Shown here: positions 31,721 through 41,967 of the stretch, piece by piece
Position numbering within the stretch: the first letter of the stretch is position 1
Layout of the letters: each line of letters opens with the position of its first letter
From: an uncultured Prevotella sp.
GTDB taxonomy: Bacteria > Bacteroidota > Bacteroidia > Bacteroidales > Bacteroidaceae
NCBI GenBank assembly: GCA_900315635.1
Contig: OMZV01000012.1
Coordinates: forward strand, 7,109 to 71,108
Direction: 5' to 3'
Length of the DNA stretch: 64,000 nucleotides
Notes under the pieces: model-generated
Told to the model about the DNA's origin: nothing
Database searches by the model: none
What the model saw: only the letters and a program-made list of their open reading frames with translations
Translations under genes and position numbers: made by a program

Positions 31721-33208
31721 ATGGCAAAAGAACTGAAACAACTCACAAAGAGAGCCGACAACTACTCTCAGTGGTACAATGACTTGGTAATGAAGGCCGA
31801 CTTGGCAGAGACTGCCCCGGTGCGCGGCTGTATGATTATTAAACCATACGGTTATGCTATCTGGGAGAAGATACAAGCTGAACTTGACAAGGAGTTCAAG
31901 AAGCTCGGCGTGAAGAATGCTTACTTCCCACTTCTCATCCCGAAGAGTTTCTTCGCCCGTGAGGCTGAGCACGTCAAGGGTTTCGCCAAGGAGAGTGCCG
32001 TTGTTACACACTATCGCCTGAAGACCAGTGACGACGGCAAGGACATCATCGTCGACCCTGACGCAAAGCTTGATGAGGAACTTATCATACGCCCGACATC
32101 GGAGACAATGATATGGCATACATACAAGAACTGGATTAACTCTTACCGTGATCTGCCATTGCTGTGCAACCAGTGGTGCAACGTTATGCGTTGGGAGATG
32201 CGTACCCGCCCATTCCTCCGTACATCAGAGTTCCTCTGGCAGGAAGGACACACGGCCCACGCTACAGCCGAGGAGGCTGAATCTTTCGCACAGAAGATGC
32301 TCAATGTCTATGCCGACTTCGTCGAGGGATGGCTCGCCGTGCCTGTTGTCCGTGGCGTGAAGAGCCCGACCGAGCGCTTCGCAGGAGCCCTCAACACATA
32401 TACTATTGAGGCAATGATGCAGGACGGAAAGGCATTGCAGAGCGGCACAAGCCACTTCCTGGGACAGAACTTCGCCAAAAGCTTCGACGTAACATTCCTC
32501 AACAAGGACAACAAGCCTGAATATGTATGGGCTACTTCATGGGGAGTTTCAACCCGTCTGATGGGTGCTCTCATCATGGCTCACTCCGACGACAACGGTC
32601 TTGTGCTTCCTCCGAAGCTCGCTCCGCTACAGGTTGTAATCGTTCCTATCTATAAGAAGGACGAACAGCTAGCTGCAATTAAGGAAAAGTTCCGTCCTGT
32701 TATCGAAGAGCTCCAGTCAAAGGGAATCAGCGTTAAGTTCGATGATGACGACACAAAGCGTCCTGGCTTCAAGTTTGCCGATTACGAGTTGAAGGGAGTT
32801 CCAGTCCGTCTCGTTATGGGAGGACGTGACCTTGAGAACGGAACCGTCGAAATAATGCGCCGTGATACACTTGAGAAGGAGTCCGTTCCATTCGATGGAA
32901 TCGCTGAGCGCGTTGAGAAACTGCTTGACGATATTCAGGAGAATGTCTTCGAAAAGGCTAAGAAGTTCCGTGACGCTCATACCTACGAGTGCAACAACTA
33001 TGATGAGTTCAAGGAGCGCATCAAGGACGGTGGTTTCTTCCTCTGCCCTTGGGACGGCACTGCCGAGACTGAGGCTAAGATCAAGGAGGACACTCAGGCA
33101 ACTATCCGTTGCATTCCTCTGAGCATCGACCAGACTAAGGTTACCGGCACAGACATGGTCAGCGGAAAGCCAGCCAAGTACAAGGTAATCATAGCTAGGG
33201 CTTATTAA
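31721..33208 (+). CDS. proS: Proline--tRNA ligase (archaeal/eukaryote-like type typical of Bacteroidota)
   Basis: [15 protein letters not shown] and TSWGVSTR motifs; TACTTTTG box at 31683. Confidence 0.97.
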   Translation: MAKELKQLTKRADNYSQWYNDLVMKADLAETAPVRGCMIIKPYGYAIWEKIQAELDKEFKKLGVKNAYFPLLIPKSFFAREAEHVKGFAKESAVVTHYRLKTSDDGKDIIVDPDAKLDEELIIRPTSETMIWHTYKNWINSYRDLPLLCNQWCNVMRWEMRTRPFLRTSEFLWQEGHTAHATAEEAESFAQKMLNVYADFVEGWLAVPVVRGVKSPTERFAGALNTYTIEAMMQDGKALQSGTSHFLGQNFAKSFDVTFLNKDNKPEYVWATSWGVSTRLMGALIMAHSDDNGLVLPPKLAPLQVVIVPIYKKDEQLAAIKEKFRPVIEELQSKGISVKFDDDDTKRPGFKFADYELKGVPVRLVMGGRDLENGTVEIMRRDTLEKESVPFDGIAERVEKLLDDIQENVFEKAKKFRDAHTYECNNYDEFKERIKDGGFFLCPWDGTAETEAKIKEDTQATIRCIPLSIDQTKVTGTDMVSGKPAKYKVIIARAY

Positions 33209-33243
33209 AAGAACATTTAACCAATTACAAAGAGTAACCAAGA

Positions 33244-34164
33244 ATGAGAAAAGCAATGTTTACACTCGCGTTGGCAATCATGGCAATGGCTGCAAGCGCA
33301 CAAACCGTTAAAGTGGGCTTCAAGAAAGGGGATGTCCGCAAGTATGTAACCAAGGTAGACATTACCGTCGGCGTGCCAATGCAAGGTGAAGAGAAAGTTT
33401 CCTCAGAGGCGACAAACACCTACACCGTAACTGACGCTACAGCCGACGGATATACCGTTGAGTTGAAGAACGAGAGCTACACAACCACCGGCAAATCTGA
33501 GATTGCCCAACAGTTGGGTGATGTAAGCTCTTATTTCAGTGCCTTGAAAGAGACCCCGGCAAAGCTGAAGCTCAACAAGGATGGTGCCGTCACCGACATT
33601 CTAAACTCTGACGCAGTACTTGCAAGCATATCAAAGATAGCCATCGATGCTGTCAACAAGTTCTATGCCGACCATCCGGAAATAGAGAAACAGGCTCCGA
33701 AGAGCAAGGCTCTCATGGCAGTCAATGACCAAATAACCAAAGAGAACGCCCTCAATCTCTTCAAGGACAACACCATCTTTTCCCTTAACGGCAAGGATCT
33801 CGTTGCAACTCCGGAGGAAGATGATACAATTATAAACATCATTAAGGTTAAGAGCACTTACTCAGTAAGCAACGACGGCAGCAATCTTGTAATCAACAAG
33901 AAGTCAGTCAGCAACATGAGCGAGGATGATTTAAAGGCTCTCATCAAGAAGTTCATTGCCAAGGCAGGTCAGGAAGTTTCTGATTCTGAGTTCGACCAGA
34001 TGTGGGGACAGATGAAGTTGATGGGTATGGCTCAGATCGATGCTAACGAAACCGGAACCAGCAATTATGGCGAAGGCGGATGGCTGACGAGCAATTCCGA
34101 TGATGTCAGCATGACTGTAATGGGTGCAAAGACAAAAGTCAGCATCAAGAGCACATTGCAATAA
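33244..34164 (+). CDS. Exported hypothetical protein
   Basis: Signal peptide ending ASA-Q; host-like codon usage; terminator downstream. Confidence 0.7.
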   Translation: MRKAMFTLALAIMAMAASAQTVKVGFKKGDVRKYVTKVDITVGVPMQGEEKVSSEATNTYTVTDATADGYTVELKNESYTTTGKSEIAQQLGDVSSYFSALKETPAKLKLNKDGAVTDILNSDAVLASISKIAIDAVNKFYADHPEIEKQAPKSKALMAVNDQITKENALNLFKDNTIFSLNGKDLVATPEEDDTIINIIKVKSTYSVSNDGSNLVINKKSVSNMSEDDLKALIKKFIAKAGQEVSDSEFDQMWGQMKLMGMAQIDANETGTSNYGEGGWLTSNSDDVSMTVMGAKTKVSIKSTLQ

Positions 34165-34180
34165 GGCTTGTCCTAGTATA

Positions 34181-34220
34181 AAAAAGGTGCCGTTTCATTA
34201 ATTGAAGCGGCACCTTTTTT
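34181..34220. terminator. Bidirectional terminator
   Basis: aaaaaaggtgccgtttc...gaagcggcacctttttt. Confidence 0.85.
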
Positions 34221-34262
34221 AATTTGTAAGCATGAAATGAATTAAACATATAATTCTCTCAT

Positions 34263-34742
34263 TTAATAATGCTTCATGACCCTGTCTATGGACCGCTTGT
34301 CCTCTTTCTCCTTGATACTCTGGCGCTTGTCGTACTCCTTCTTACCGCGGGCAAGTGCAATATCCATCTTTGCGCGTCCGTGCTCATCAATGAACACCAA
34401 CAGCGGCACAATGGTAAGTCCCGGATTCTTAGTCTCTTCCTGCAACTTGCGAATCTCACGTTTGGTAAGCAGCAGCTTGCGGTCACGGCGAGCCGGATGA
34501 TTGGAGAATGATCCATAGAAATATGGACTGATATTCATTCCCTGAACCCAGATCTCACCTTTATCTATATAACAGAACGAGTCGACAAGCGACGCCTTTC
34601 CGGCACGGATAGACTTTATCTCCGTCCCGGAGAGCACCATTCCAGCCGTAAACGTGTCCAAGAATGTGTACAGAAACGATGCTTTCTTATTGCGAATCTG
34701 CACAGGACTCTTCTTTCTTATTTCCTTTTCTTCCTGATTCAT
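34263..34742 (-). CDS. smpB: SsrA-binding protein
   Basis: [21 protein letters not shown] and GKKEYDKR motifs. Confidence 0.97.
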   Translation of the reverse strand: MNQEEKEIRKKSPVQIRNKKASFLYTFLDTFTAGMVLSGTEIKSIRAGKASLVDSFCYIDKGEIWVQGMNISPYFYGSFSNHPARRDRKLLLTKREIRKLQEETKNPGLTIVPLLVFIDEHGRAKMDIALARGKKEYDKRQSIKEKEDKRSIDRVMKHY

Positions 34743-34797
34743 TTTATAATTCCTCACAAGACCTCCCGAAGGGAAGGTTGTCTAATTACATAAATAT

Positions 34798-35301
34798 TCA
34801 CTGAATCTCAGCGAAATTGTCGATATGGTCGTCAATGTAAGCAGCAATCTGATTCGTCCATTTCTCTTCATTGACAATGAACTCATCGTCATAATCGTCG
34901 AACTCAGGCATCTGCTCATACAGTGCCATGAACTCCTCGTCGGTCATATCACGCTCTATCTGCCCGTGGTACTTGTCATAGAACTTCTTGCAGTGGCGGA
35001 TATGAGTGTACAGGTCTCCCAGTCCCCACTCACGGACAGCCACGGCAAATGGATTCTTGAAGATGAACTCGCCATAGCCATTGTAAATGAGCTGGATATA
35101 TCCACCGTCCATCACCTCCGTGTGCAGGTAGCTCCAGCCTAGCAGAGTAATCTGGTCGGACGTGAGTTGCTGCATGTTCTCCTGTGTGAGTTGTCCGCCG
35201 ATAGCCTTGTTTATGGCATCAACGAATGTACCAACGAACAGGTCCATATCGTCGGCTTCGGCAGCCTTCTTCAGTTGTTTATCATCGACTGTAATCTTCA
35301 T
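34798..35301 (-). CDS. DMP19/DUF4375-like acidic protein
   Basis: EVMDGGYIQLIYNGYG motif; very acidic composition. Confidence 0.7.
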   Translation of the reverse strand: MKITVDDKQLKKAAEADDMDLFVGTFVDAINKAIGGQLTQENMQQLTSDQITLLGWSYLHTEVMDGGYIQLIYNGYGEFIFKNPFAVAVREWGLGDLYTHIRHCKKFYDKYHGQIERDMTDEEFMALYEQMPEFDDYDDEFIVNEEKWTNQIAAYIDDHIDNFAEIQ

Positions 35302-35382
35302 TGACTTCCTATTTTTTTGCAAAGTTAATCTTTTATTCGCTAAATTGCAAATATTACGCCGGTTAGATTTACTTCTGCCATG

Positions 35383-36714
35383 TCAGACAAACCGTCGTAT
35401 CAGTGCCACTTCAACTATTCCACGCACGGCAAGGAACACGAGAAAGGCAATCCACAGTGCCGTGTTTGCCAGTGTTCCAACCAAGGCGAAATAGATAATG
35501 AAGAAGCTCGCTGCAGCCGTTGCTGTCGAGAGAAGCATTCCTTTTGTAGCCGTTATCCCGACGAATATTCCGTCATAGATAAACGCCAGCACTCCACATG
35601 CAGGCACGGCTATAGCCCACGGCAGATAGTCCATTGCCGCGTTGACTACAGCCGTATCGTCGGTAAGCAGCGAAAGGAAGCCACGTCCACCTACAATATA
35701 TAATAATGTGAAAACAACCACCATCGCAACGCCCCACAAATTGAGGCTCTTGACTAGTTTCCAGAAGCCCGCCTTGTCACCGGCACCGTAAGTCTTACCA
35801 CACAAAGCCTCGCCTGCGTAGGCAAATCCATCCATAAAATAGGAGAAAAGCGTATACAGGGTTATCAGCAAGGCATTGACAGCCAGTATCATAGAGCCTT
35901 GTTTTCCTCCTGCCGACGTGAAGAACATATTGACCGCAACAAGGCAGAGTGTACGGAGGAATATGTCACGGTTGACCGTAAGGAAATGCTTTATTGGATG
36001 ATGAGATGAGGGGATGATGGGATGATGAGATGAGGGAATGATGGGGTGATGGGGTGAATTTACAGTAAAAATCTTATCATGACGACGCTTATAAACTACT
36101 CCGGCGAAGGCCATCAGGGCTCCCGACCACTGGGCTATGAGTGTTCCCGTGGCTACACCTTCGATTTTCCATCCGACAACAAACACAAAGAACAGGCTGG
36201 CGATGATATTTATCACGTTTTGAATGATAGCAATGAACATCGGCGTCCGTGTGTCCTGCATGCCGATATACCACCCATTCATGGCATAAAGACTGAGCAT
36301 TGCGGGTGAGCCCCATATAACGATGTCGAAATATTGGGTAACAAACGGAGCGGCATCAACCGGCGTATTCATCGCCCAAATCATAAATCGGAGTATAAGC
36401 TCCTGCAAAATGACAAAAAGCAAGCCTATTCCAACACCTGTTCCGACTGACAAACGGAGTATGCCCGTTGCCTCGGATCCACTTTCCCTGCCGTAAGCCT
36501 GAGCCGTCATACCGCTGGTTCCCATACGCAAAAAACCGAATATCCAGTAAATAACGTTGAATATCATGGAGCCAGTGGCTATGGCGGAAATATAAGTAGC
36601 GTCACCGATATGTCCGACAATAGTAAGGTCGACAAGTCCAAGCAGCGGTACGGTAACATTGCTTATTATCGAGGGAATGGCAAGGCGGAGTATTTGATTA
36701 TCGTGAATGGACAT
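35383..36714 (-). CDS. MATE (DinF-like) efflux transporter with an internal repeat insertion
   Basis: ILRLAIPSIISN, FLRMGTSG and DIFLRTLCL motifs. Confidence 0.92.
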   Translation of the reverse strand: MSIHDNQILRLAIPSIISNVTVPLLGLVDLTIVGHIGDATYISAIATGSMIFNVIYWIFGFLRMGTSGMTAQAYGRESGSEATGILRLSVGTGVGIGLLFVILQELILRFMIWAMNTPVDAAPFVTQYFDIVIWGSPAMLSLYAMNGWYIGMQDTRTPMFIAIIQNVINIIASLFFVFVVGWKIEGVATGTLIAQWSGALMAFAGVVYKRRHDKIFTVNSPHHPIIPSSHHPIIPSSHHPIKHFLTVNRDIFLRTLCLVAVNMFFTSAGGKQGSMILAVNALLITLYTLFSYFMDGFAYAGEALCGKTYGAGDKAGFWKLVKSLNLWGVAMVVVFTLLYIVGGRGFLSLLTDDTAVVNAAMDYLPWAIAVPACGVLAFIYDGIFVGITATKGMLLSTATAAASFFIIYFALVGTLANTALWIAFLVFLAVRGIVEVALIRRFV

Positions 36715-36770
36715 AATGAAAATTGACTGATTTAAACGATTTGCTTGCGACGTAAAACAGACGGTTTTGG

Positions 36771-36853
36771 AAAAGATACCCAATTAGATTGTAAAAGGGT
36801 ATCTTTTAGCTCCTAATCGGGTATCTTTTACAAGCTAATTGGGCATCTTTTAC
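36771..36853. repeat. Four-unit 22-bp-phased repeat element, copy 2
   Basis: Inverted unit at about 36770, hybrid at 36792, forward units at 36814 and 36836. Confidence 0.85.
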
Positions 36854-36868
36854 AAACCGCCCCGAAAT

Positions 36869-39445
36869 CTACAGTTCTACAACGGTTATACCGGCACCGC
36901 CGAACTGGACATGCTCGTCATGAAAATCACGTACATTCGGGACAGTAGCCAGATACTGGCGGATGAGTGTCCGAAGGATTCCGTTACCCTTGCCATGCAG
37001 GATTCTCACTTGCGGAACGCCGACGAGAATGGCATCATCGATATAGTGCTGAACAGCGTTTAGAGCCTCGTCGGCACGCATTCCACGGACATCAATCTCC
37101 TGAGAGAAGTTGTTGCGGTGCTCGTCGATGGTGGCACGGGTCATGCGGCTGCTAGGAGCGTAGGTCTGCAAATTGTTGAGCGATGAGCTGTCAGTCGAGG
37201 TTGTTTCCGGCTTTTCCTCGACACGCTCTAACCGGGAGACATCCATCTTGGAACGCATATCGCCGAAGACGACATTAGCCTGTTTGTCACGAACGGACTC
37301 TATTCGACCTACGGTGGTCAGTCCCTTGATTCTCACATAGTCGCCTGCAACCAGCGGACGGTTGGCTTTCTTCACGGTAGGCTTGTTGCCCTGCTCGGAT
37401 TTCTGCTTAGCTTTCTCAGCCAAATGCTTCTCGTGGCGTGCCTTACGGGAATTTATCTGTTCGACTTTCTTATTGAATTCCTCGTCAGTCATGACACCAT
37501 GGTCGGCCTTGCGTGACTTGCCTTTCTTGTTTGCGCCCGGCAATTCGCCTTGCTCGATGCCTTCCTCATAATCGGCAAGTTCCTGACGGAGACGCTTCGT
37601 TTCCTCTTTCTCAGCCTGACTCTCACGAATCTCACGGATGGTATTCTCTATGCGCTTATTGGTCTCCTTCAAGAGCTCCTCAGCCTGCCGGCGAGCCTGG
37701 TTGAGAATTTCCTTTCGCAACTTCTCGACGTCGGTTACGTTCTGCTCATATCGGGCAATAGCCTTGTCGAGATCCTTCTCACGCTGATGGATAGTCTGGC
37801 GTTTGCCCTCCCAATAGCGTTTGTCACGGACGATGTCCTGAAGGTACTTGTCACTCTGGATATAATCGGAGCCGACAATATCTGAAGCGTCCTTGATAAC
37901 TTCCTCGGGTATACCTGTCTGACGGGCAATCTCGATGGCAAACGAACTGCCGGGGCGTCCGATAGCGAGGCGGAACAGAGGCTTCATCTCATGGCGGTCA
38001 TAAAGCATCGCGCCATTAACCACATGGTCGTGATTGTCGGCGAAATGCTTAAGGTTCTGATAGTGAGTCGTTATCACTGCCCACGCGCCTTTCTTCCAGA
38101 ACTGCTTAAGAACGCTCTCGGCAATGGCGCCACCAATCTGCGGCTCTGTTCCTGTTCCGAACTCATCGATGAGAATCAGGGTCTTGTCCGATGCCTGCTT
38201 CATCATATTCTTCATATTATAGAGGTGAGAAGAGTATGTACTGAGGTCGTTCTCCAGGCTCTGCTCATCGCCAATGTCAATCATCAGGTCGGCAAAGACG
38301 CCCACCTTCGACCTGTCGCCTACCGGAATAGGCAGTCCGCACTGGAGCATATATTGCAACAGGGCGACAGTCTTAAGGCAAACACTCTTGCCGCCGGCAT
38401 TAGGACCGGAAATTATCAAGATGCGCTTGTCGGCTGTAAGCATTATGTCGAGCGGAACAATAGCTCCGTTCAGGTGGGTTTCGAGCAAAGGATGGCGAGC
38501 CTGAATCCAGTCGATGTATGGCTTGTCGGAAACCTCCGGCTCGAATGCACGGAACTTAATAGAGAACTGCGTCTTGGCATGAATAAAATCAATTTCAGCC
38601 AAGAAGTTGTAGGAGTCGAGCATCGGACGGACAAACGGACGGATAACCTTGGCTATCTCGGTGAGTATGCGGACAATTTCACGACGCTCGTCACTCTCTA
38701 ACTCACGGATCCGGTTATTAGCCTCGACTACCTGTGTCGGCTCTATATAGACGGTCTTTCCGGTGGCACTCTCGTCGTGGACTATACCGGAGATACGGCG
38801 CTTCAATCCCGGAGCAACAGGTATAACAAGTCGTCCGTCACGCACGGCCGGTGTAACGTCCTTCTCGACTATGCCATCGCTCTGTGCCGATTTCAATATA
38901 CTGTAAAGTGTTCTTGATATTGAGCCTTCGGTACTAGCCAGTTCACGGCGTATGCGGTTGAGCTCGGGCGATGCCGTGTCACGCATCCGTCCGAACTTAT
39001 CTATAACCTGCTCTATGCGCTGGACAATTCTCGGGAATGTCGCCACGCCGTCGGCTAGGTCGTGGAGAGCCGGATAATCGTAGGTTATATTGCCTTCGTC
39101 GTCCTCGTCGCCACGGTTTATATAGTCGGTGAGAGCAATGATAGTCTGCAACGACCGCTTGAGGTCGAAGAGCTCATCTTCCTCAAGATGAGTGCCCTCA
39201 AGGCGGATACGCTTCAATCCCTCACGCACATCTATGAAGTTGTCAAGTGGGAATCCGTCGGCTTTCTCAGTGATTCGGCGCATCTCCCGTATTTCTTCCA
39301 TGCGGGAATTAAGAGCCTCGGCATCATCAGTGAAAGCCATTTCGTCGGCTTTGCTCTTGCCAAGTGTCGAGAGGCAATAGCCTTTCAGCATATCACGAAT
39401 CTCGTTGAAGCCTATCTTTTGTTCGTAATTCTTAGGATAAATCAT
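36869..39445 (-). CDS. mutS2: Endonuclease MutS2 with Smr domain
   Basis: SGPNAGGKS, DEFGTGT, THY, IDVRG and ILHGKGNG motifs. Confidence 0.95.
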   Translation of the reverse strand: MIYPKNYEQKIGFNEIRDMLKGYCLSTLGKSKADEMAFTDDAEALNSRMEEIREMRRITEKADGFPLDNFIDVREGLKRIRLEGTHLEEDELFDLKRSLQTIIALTDYINRGDEDDEGNITYDYPALHDLADGVATFPRIVQRIEQVIDKFGRMRDTASPELNRIRRELASTEGSISRTLYSILKSAQSDGIVEKDVTPAVRDGRLVIPVAPGLKRRISGIVHDESATGKTVYIEPTQVVEANNRIRELESDERREIVRILTEIAKVIRPFVRPMLDSYNFLAEIDFIHAKTQFSIKFRAFEPEVSDKPYIDWIQARHPLLETHLNGAIVPLDIMLTADKRILIISGPNAGGKSVCLKTVALLQYMLQCGLPIPVGDRSKVGVFADLMIDIGDEQSLENDLSTYSSHLYNMKNMMKQASDKTLILIDEFGTGTEPQIGGAIAESVLKQFWKKGAWAVITTHYQNLKHFADNHDHVVNGAMLYDRHEMKPLFRLAIGRPGSSFAIEIARQTGIPEEVIKDASDIVGSDYIQSDKYLQDIVRDKRYWEGKRQTIHQREKDLDKAIARYEQNVTDVEKLRKEILNQARRQAEELLKETNKRIENTIREIRESQAEKEETKRLRQELADYEEGIEQGELPGANKKGKSRKADHGVMTDEEFNKKVEQINSRKARHEKHLAEKAKQKSEQGNKPTVKKANRPLVAGDYVRIKGLTTVGRIESVRDKQANVVFGDMRSKMDVSRLERVEEKPETTSTDSSSLNNLQTYAPSSRMTRATIDEHRNNFSQEIDVRGMRADEALNAVQHYIDDAILVGVPQVRILHGKGNGILRTLIRQYLATVPNVRDFHDEHVQFGGAGITVVEL

Positions 39446-39455
39446 ACTTTTTAAA

Positions 39456-39503
39456 GGGGAGTTAGTGGGGAGTTATGGGGGAGTTACAGGGGAGTTAGTG
39501 GGA
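39456..39503 (+). repeat. G-tract tandem repeat (five G3-5 runs, 6-7 nt loops)
   Basis: GGGGagttagtGGGGagttatGGGGGagttacaGGGGGagttagtGGG. Confidence 0.85.
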
Positions 39504-39552
39504 CAATACATAGATGGATGTGTAACTGAAGAAGAAAATAAATACCGAAATA

Positions 39553-39590
39553 AATGCGGGACTGAAGAAGGAATTCATCAGCCCCGCATT
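39553..39590 (-). terminator. Terminator of ppiD-like gene
   Basis: aatgcgggactga...tcagccccgcatt stem. Confidence 0.6.
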
Positions 39591-39667
39591 AATATGTAAT
39601 TGATTAACTTATAATCAAATCATCCGATCATCTTATCATCCGATCATCTTATCATCCAATCTTCCAA

Positions 39668-41827
39668 TTAGAAGAACAGATAACGGTTATCAACGATGCC
39701 AGCCTGCTGTGTCAGGTCGTTCATGAAGCCCTGAAGAACCTGCATTGACTGCATAGCGCAAGACTGCATCTCCTGCTGCTCGTTGTACTTAGCACCGGCA
39801 CGCATTGCCTTGTTAATTACCTGGAAGACATAGACGCCTGCGTTACCCTTGACAGGAGCACTGACGAACTTACCCTTTGCAGTGCGAGCTACAGCACCGG
39901 AAAGTGCCGGCTCTACAGAACCTGTAGTCTGAACGTATGCTGGTGAAGCAAATGTAATCTTGTCGACTGTTGATACCTTTCCGCCCTTAGCCTGTGCAGC
40001 CTGAACGCTGTTGACGCCCTTGAGCTTAGCAATAATCTGCTCAGCCTTCTTGTCCTTGAGGACTTCACGCTTTACAATCTCCTTGACCTGCGGGTCATCG
40101 AGTGAGCGGTAGCCCTGCGGATGAATCTTATTCAGATAGATAACGAGCATGTAGTCGTTGTCGCCAGCCTCGTAAAGTGGAGAGATTTCGCCTTCCTTAG
40201 CCTTCCATACCCACTTCAGAGCGTCCTTGATACCTGAACCGCCGACATTGCCAATCTTGTGGGCTGATGTCTGAAGGTCGTTCTGGTCGAGTACAGTATA
40301 GCCATACTTGCGGGCGTTCTTCTGCAGAGCATCGAGTGTTGTGCTCTTTGTAACGAACTCGCTGAACTTATTGTAAGCTGCTGAACGTGTATCCTTAGAG
40401 AAGTCGATAATCTTCTTGATGACTCCGGCTGTGTACTTTTCCTTCATGCCCTTCTTGTCAAGAACCTGAACGATAACGTTGCCCTCGTCGAATGCAAGGT
40501 TCTGAACCTTGTTGACTTCGCCGGTGAGGAGTGCGTTGATAAGCTTACGGCTGTCGCCGTTCATGCTTGTAGAATGCTCATACATCTGACCGGTAAACCA
40601 AGTTTCCTTGCCTTCCTGGCCGTACTTCTTGGCAATATCCTCAAACTTAGCACCACCTTCGAGAGCCTTGGTGATACTGTCAGCCTTAGCGCGAGCCTCG
40701 TCGACAGTGTTGGCACCAACCTGAATCTGGCGATACTGAACTGAGTCAGGGAGCTCCTGCTTAGCAACAAGCTTGATGATGTTGAGGGTATTGTCGGACT
40801 TTGTCTCGAAGACACCTGATGTTCCAACTGCCATAGAGTCGAGCTTGTTTGCAATGTCCTGTGGGAATGCATCCTTGCTGACAGGTACGCCGAGATAAGC
40901 AATCTGCGACTGGCTCTTGCCGATTACCTGCTCTGGGTCAGTGGCTGTAGAGAGCTGCTTCTGATAGTCGTTCATCTCCTTGACAAGAGCGTTACGGTCG
41001 GCAGCTGATGCCTTAATCTGATAAGCAACGTACTTAAGGTCACGGGTCTCGAACAACTGCTTGAATGCAGGCTTCAGCTCCTCGTACTTAGCCTTAAGGT
41101 CTTCGTCGGTAATCTTGATTGAGTTATCCTTGATGTCGCTGTAAGCAAATGAAGCGAGCTGGATTGTTGCTTCCTCGTTCTCGTCCTTGAAAGCGAGCTT
41201 AGCCTCAGCCTTGTTTGACAGTACGCTAGCCTGGACAAGAAGACTGTACTTCTGCTGCAGAAGGTCGTGGCGGAGCTGCTGCTCGCAGTAGAGCCAAAGG
41301 TCACGTGACTGCTGAATCTGGTCAGCCATCTGTGGATTAGCCTTGATGGTCTTGTCATAGTCGGCAAGGAACTGCTGAACGATAGAATAGTCGAAACGAC
41401 CTGTCTGCTGGTTGTAGAACTGCGGGATAGGAATATCGCGCTGGAGCAGTGGGTTGGTTCCGTCCTTCAGAACGTTGTTCACCTCATCGTCAGTAACGGT
41501 CAGACCAACCTTCTTGGCATCGTTCTCGACCATTGCGTATGTAACATACTGCTGCCATACTCCGTCGCGAAGCTGGTTGAGTTGATCCTCTGAAAGATTG
41601 TCAGTACCAGAAAGAGCCTTCTGGGCATTGGTCACATCATCGACCAACTTCTGATAATCCTGTACACTGATTTTCTTGCCAAGGACCTCGCCAACCTGCT
41701 GATTAGCTTCTCCCTTGATACCGTTGCACGAACGGAAGGCTTCCTCGGCAATGAAAGCAAATAGACCGAGACCGATGATGATAATCAGCGTCACGCCTCT
41801 GCTTCTGATTTTTCCTAATGCTGCCAT
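39668..41827 (-). CDS. ppiD: PpiD/SurA-like periplasmic chaperone-peptidylprolyl isomerase
   Basis: MAALGKIRSRG N-terminal anchor; parvulin-like GAKFEDIAKKY region. Confidence 0.8.
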   Translation of the reverse strand: MAALGKIRSRGVTLIIIIGLGLFAFIAEEAFRSCNGIKGEANQQVGEVLGKKISVQDYQKLVDDVTNAQKALSGTDNLSEDQLNQLRDGVWQQYVTYAMVENDAKKVGLTVTDDEVNNVLKDGTNPLLQRDIPIPQFYNQQTGRFDYSIVQQFLADYDKTIKANPQMADQIQQSRDLWLYCEQQLRHDLLQQKYSLLVQASVLSNKAEAKLAFKDENEEATIQLASFAYSDIKDNSIKITDEDLKAKYEELKPAFKQLFETRDLKYVAYQIKASAADRNALVKEMNDYQKQLSTATDPEQVIGKSQSQIAYLGVPVSKDAFPQDIANKLDSMAVGTSGVFETKSDNTLNIIKLVAKQELPDSVQYRQIQVGANTVDEARAKADSITKALEGGAKFEDIAKKYGQEGKETWFTGQMYEHSTSMNGDSRKLINALLTGEVNKVQNLAFDEGNVIVQVLDKKGMKEKYTAGVIKKIIDFSKDTRSAAYNKFSEFVTKSTTLDALQKNARKYGYTVLDQNDLQTSAHKIGNVGGSGIKDALKWVWKAKEGEISPLYEAGDNDYMLVIYLNKIHPQGYRSLDDPQVKEIVKREVLKDKKAEQIIAKLKGVNSVQAAQAKGGKVSTVDKITFASPAYVQTTGSVEPALSGAVARTAKGKFVSAPVKGNAGVYVFQVINKAMRAGAKYNEQQEMQSCAMQSMQVLQGFMNDLTQQAGIVDNRYLFF

Positions 41828-41967
41828 TGTTTGTTTTATTCTTTTATTTGTTTTAATTCAATATGGTTACACTATTACAAAGTGCGCACAAAATTACAAA
41901 GAATTTGTGAAACAAAGTAATTTTTCTAAAGATTATTTCGCTTTATGTATAAAATAGGCTGTAAAGA

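Noticed and set aside
34263-34800. tmRNA or tRNA genes near smpB or elsewhere
   Set aside because: No recognisable tRNA-like or rRNA sequence seen in the window
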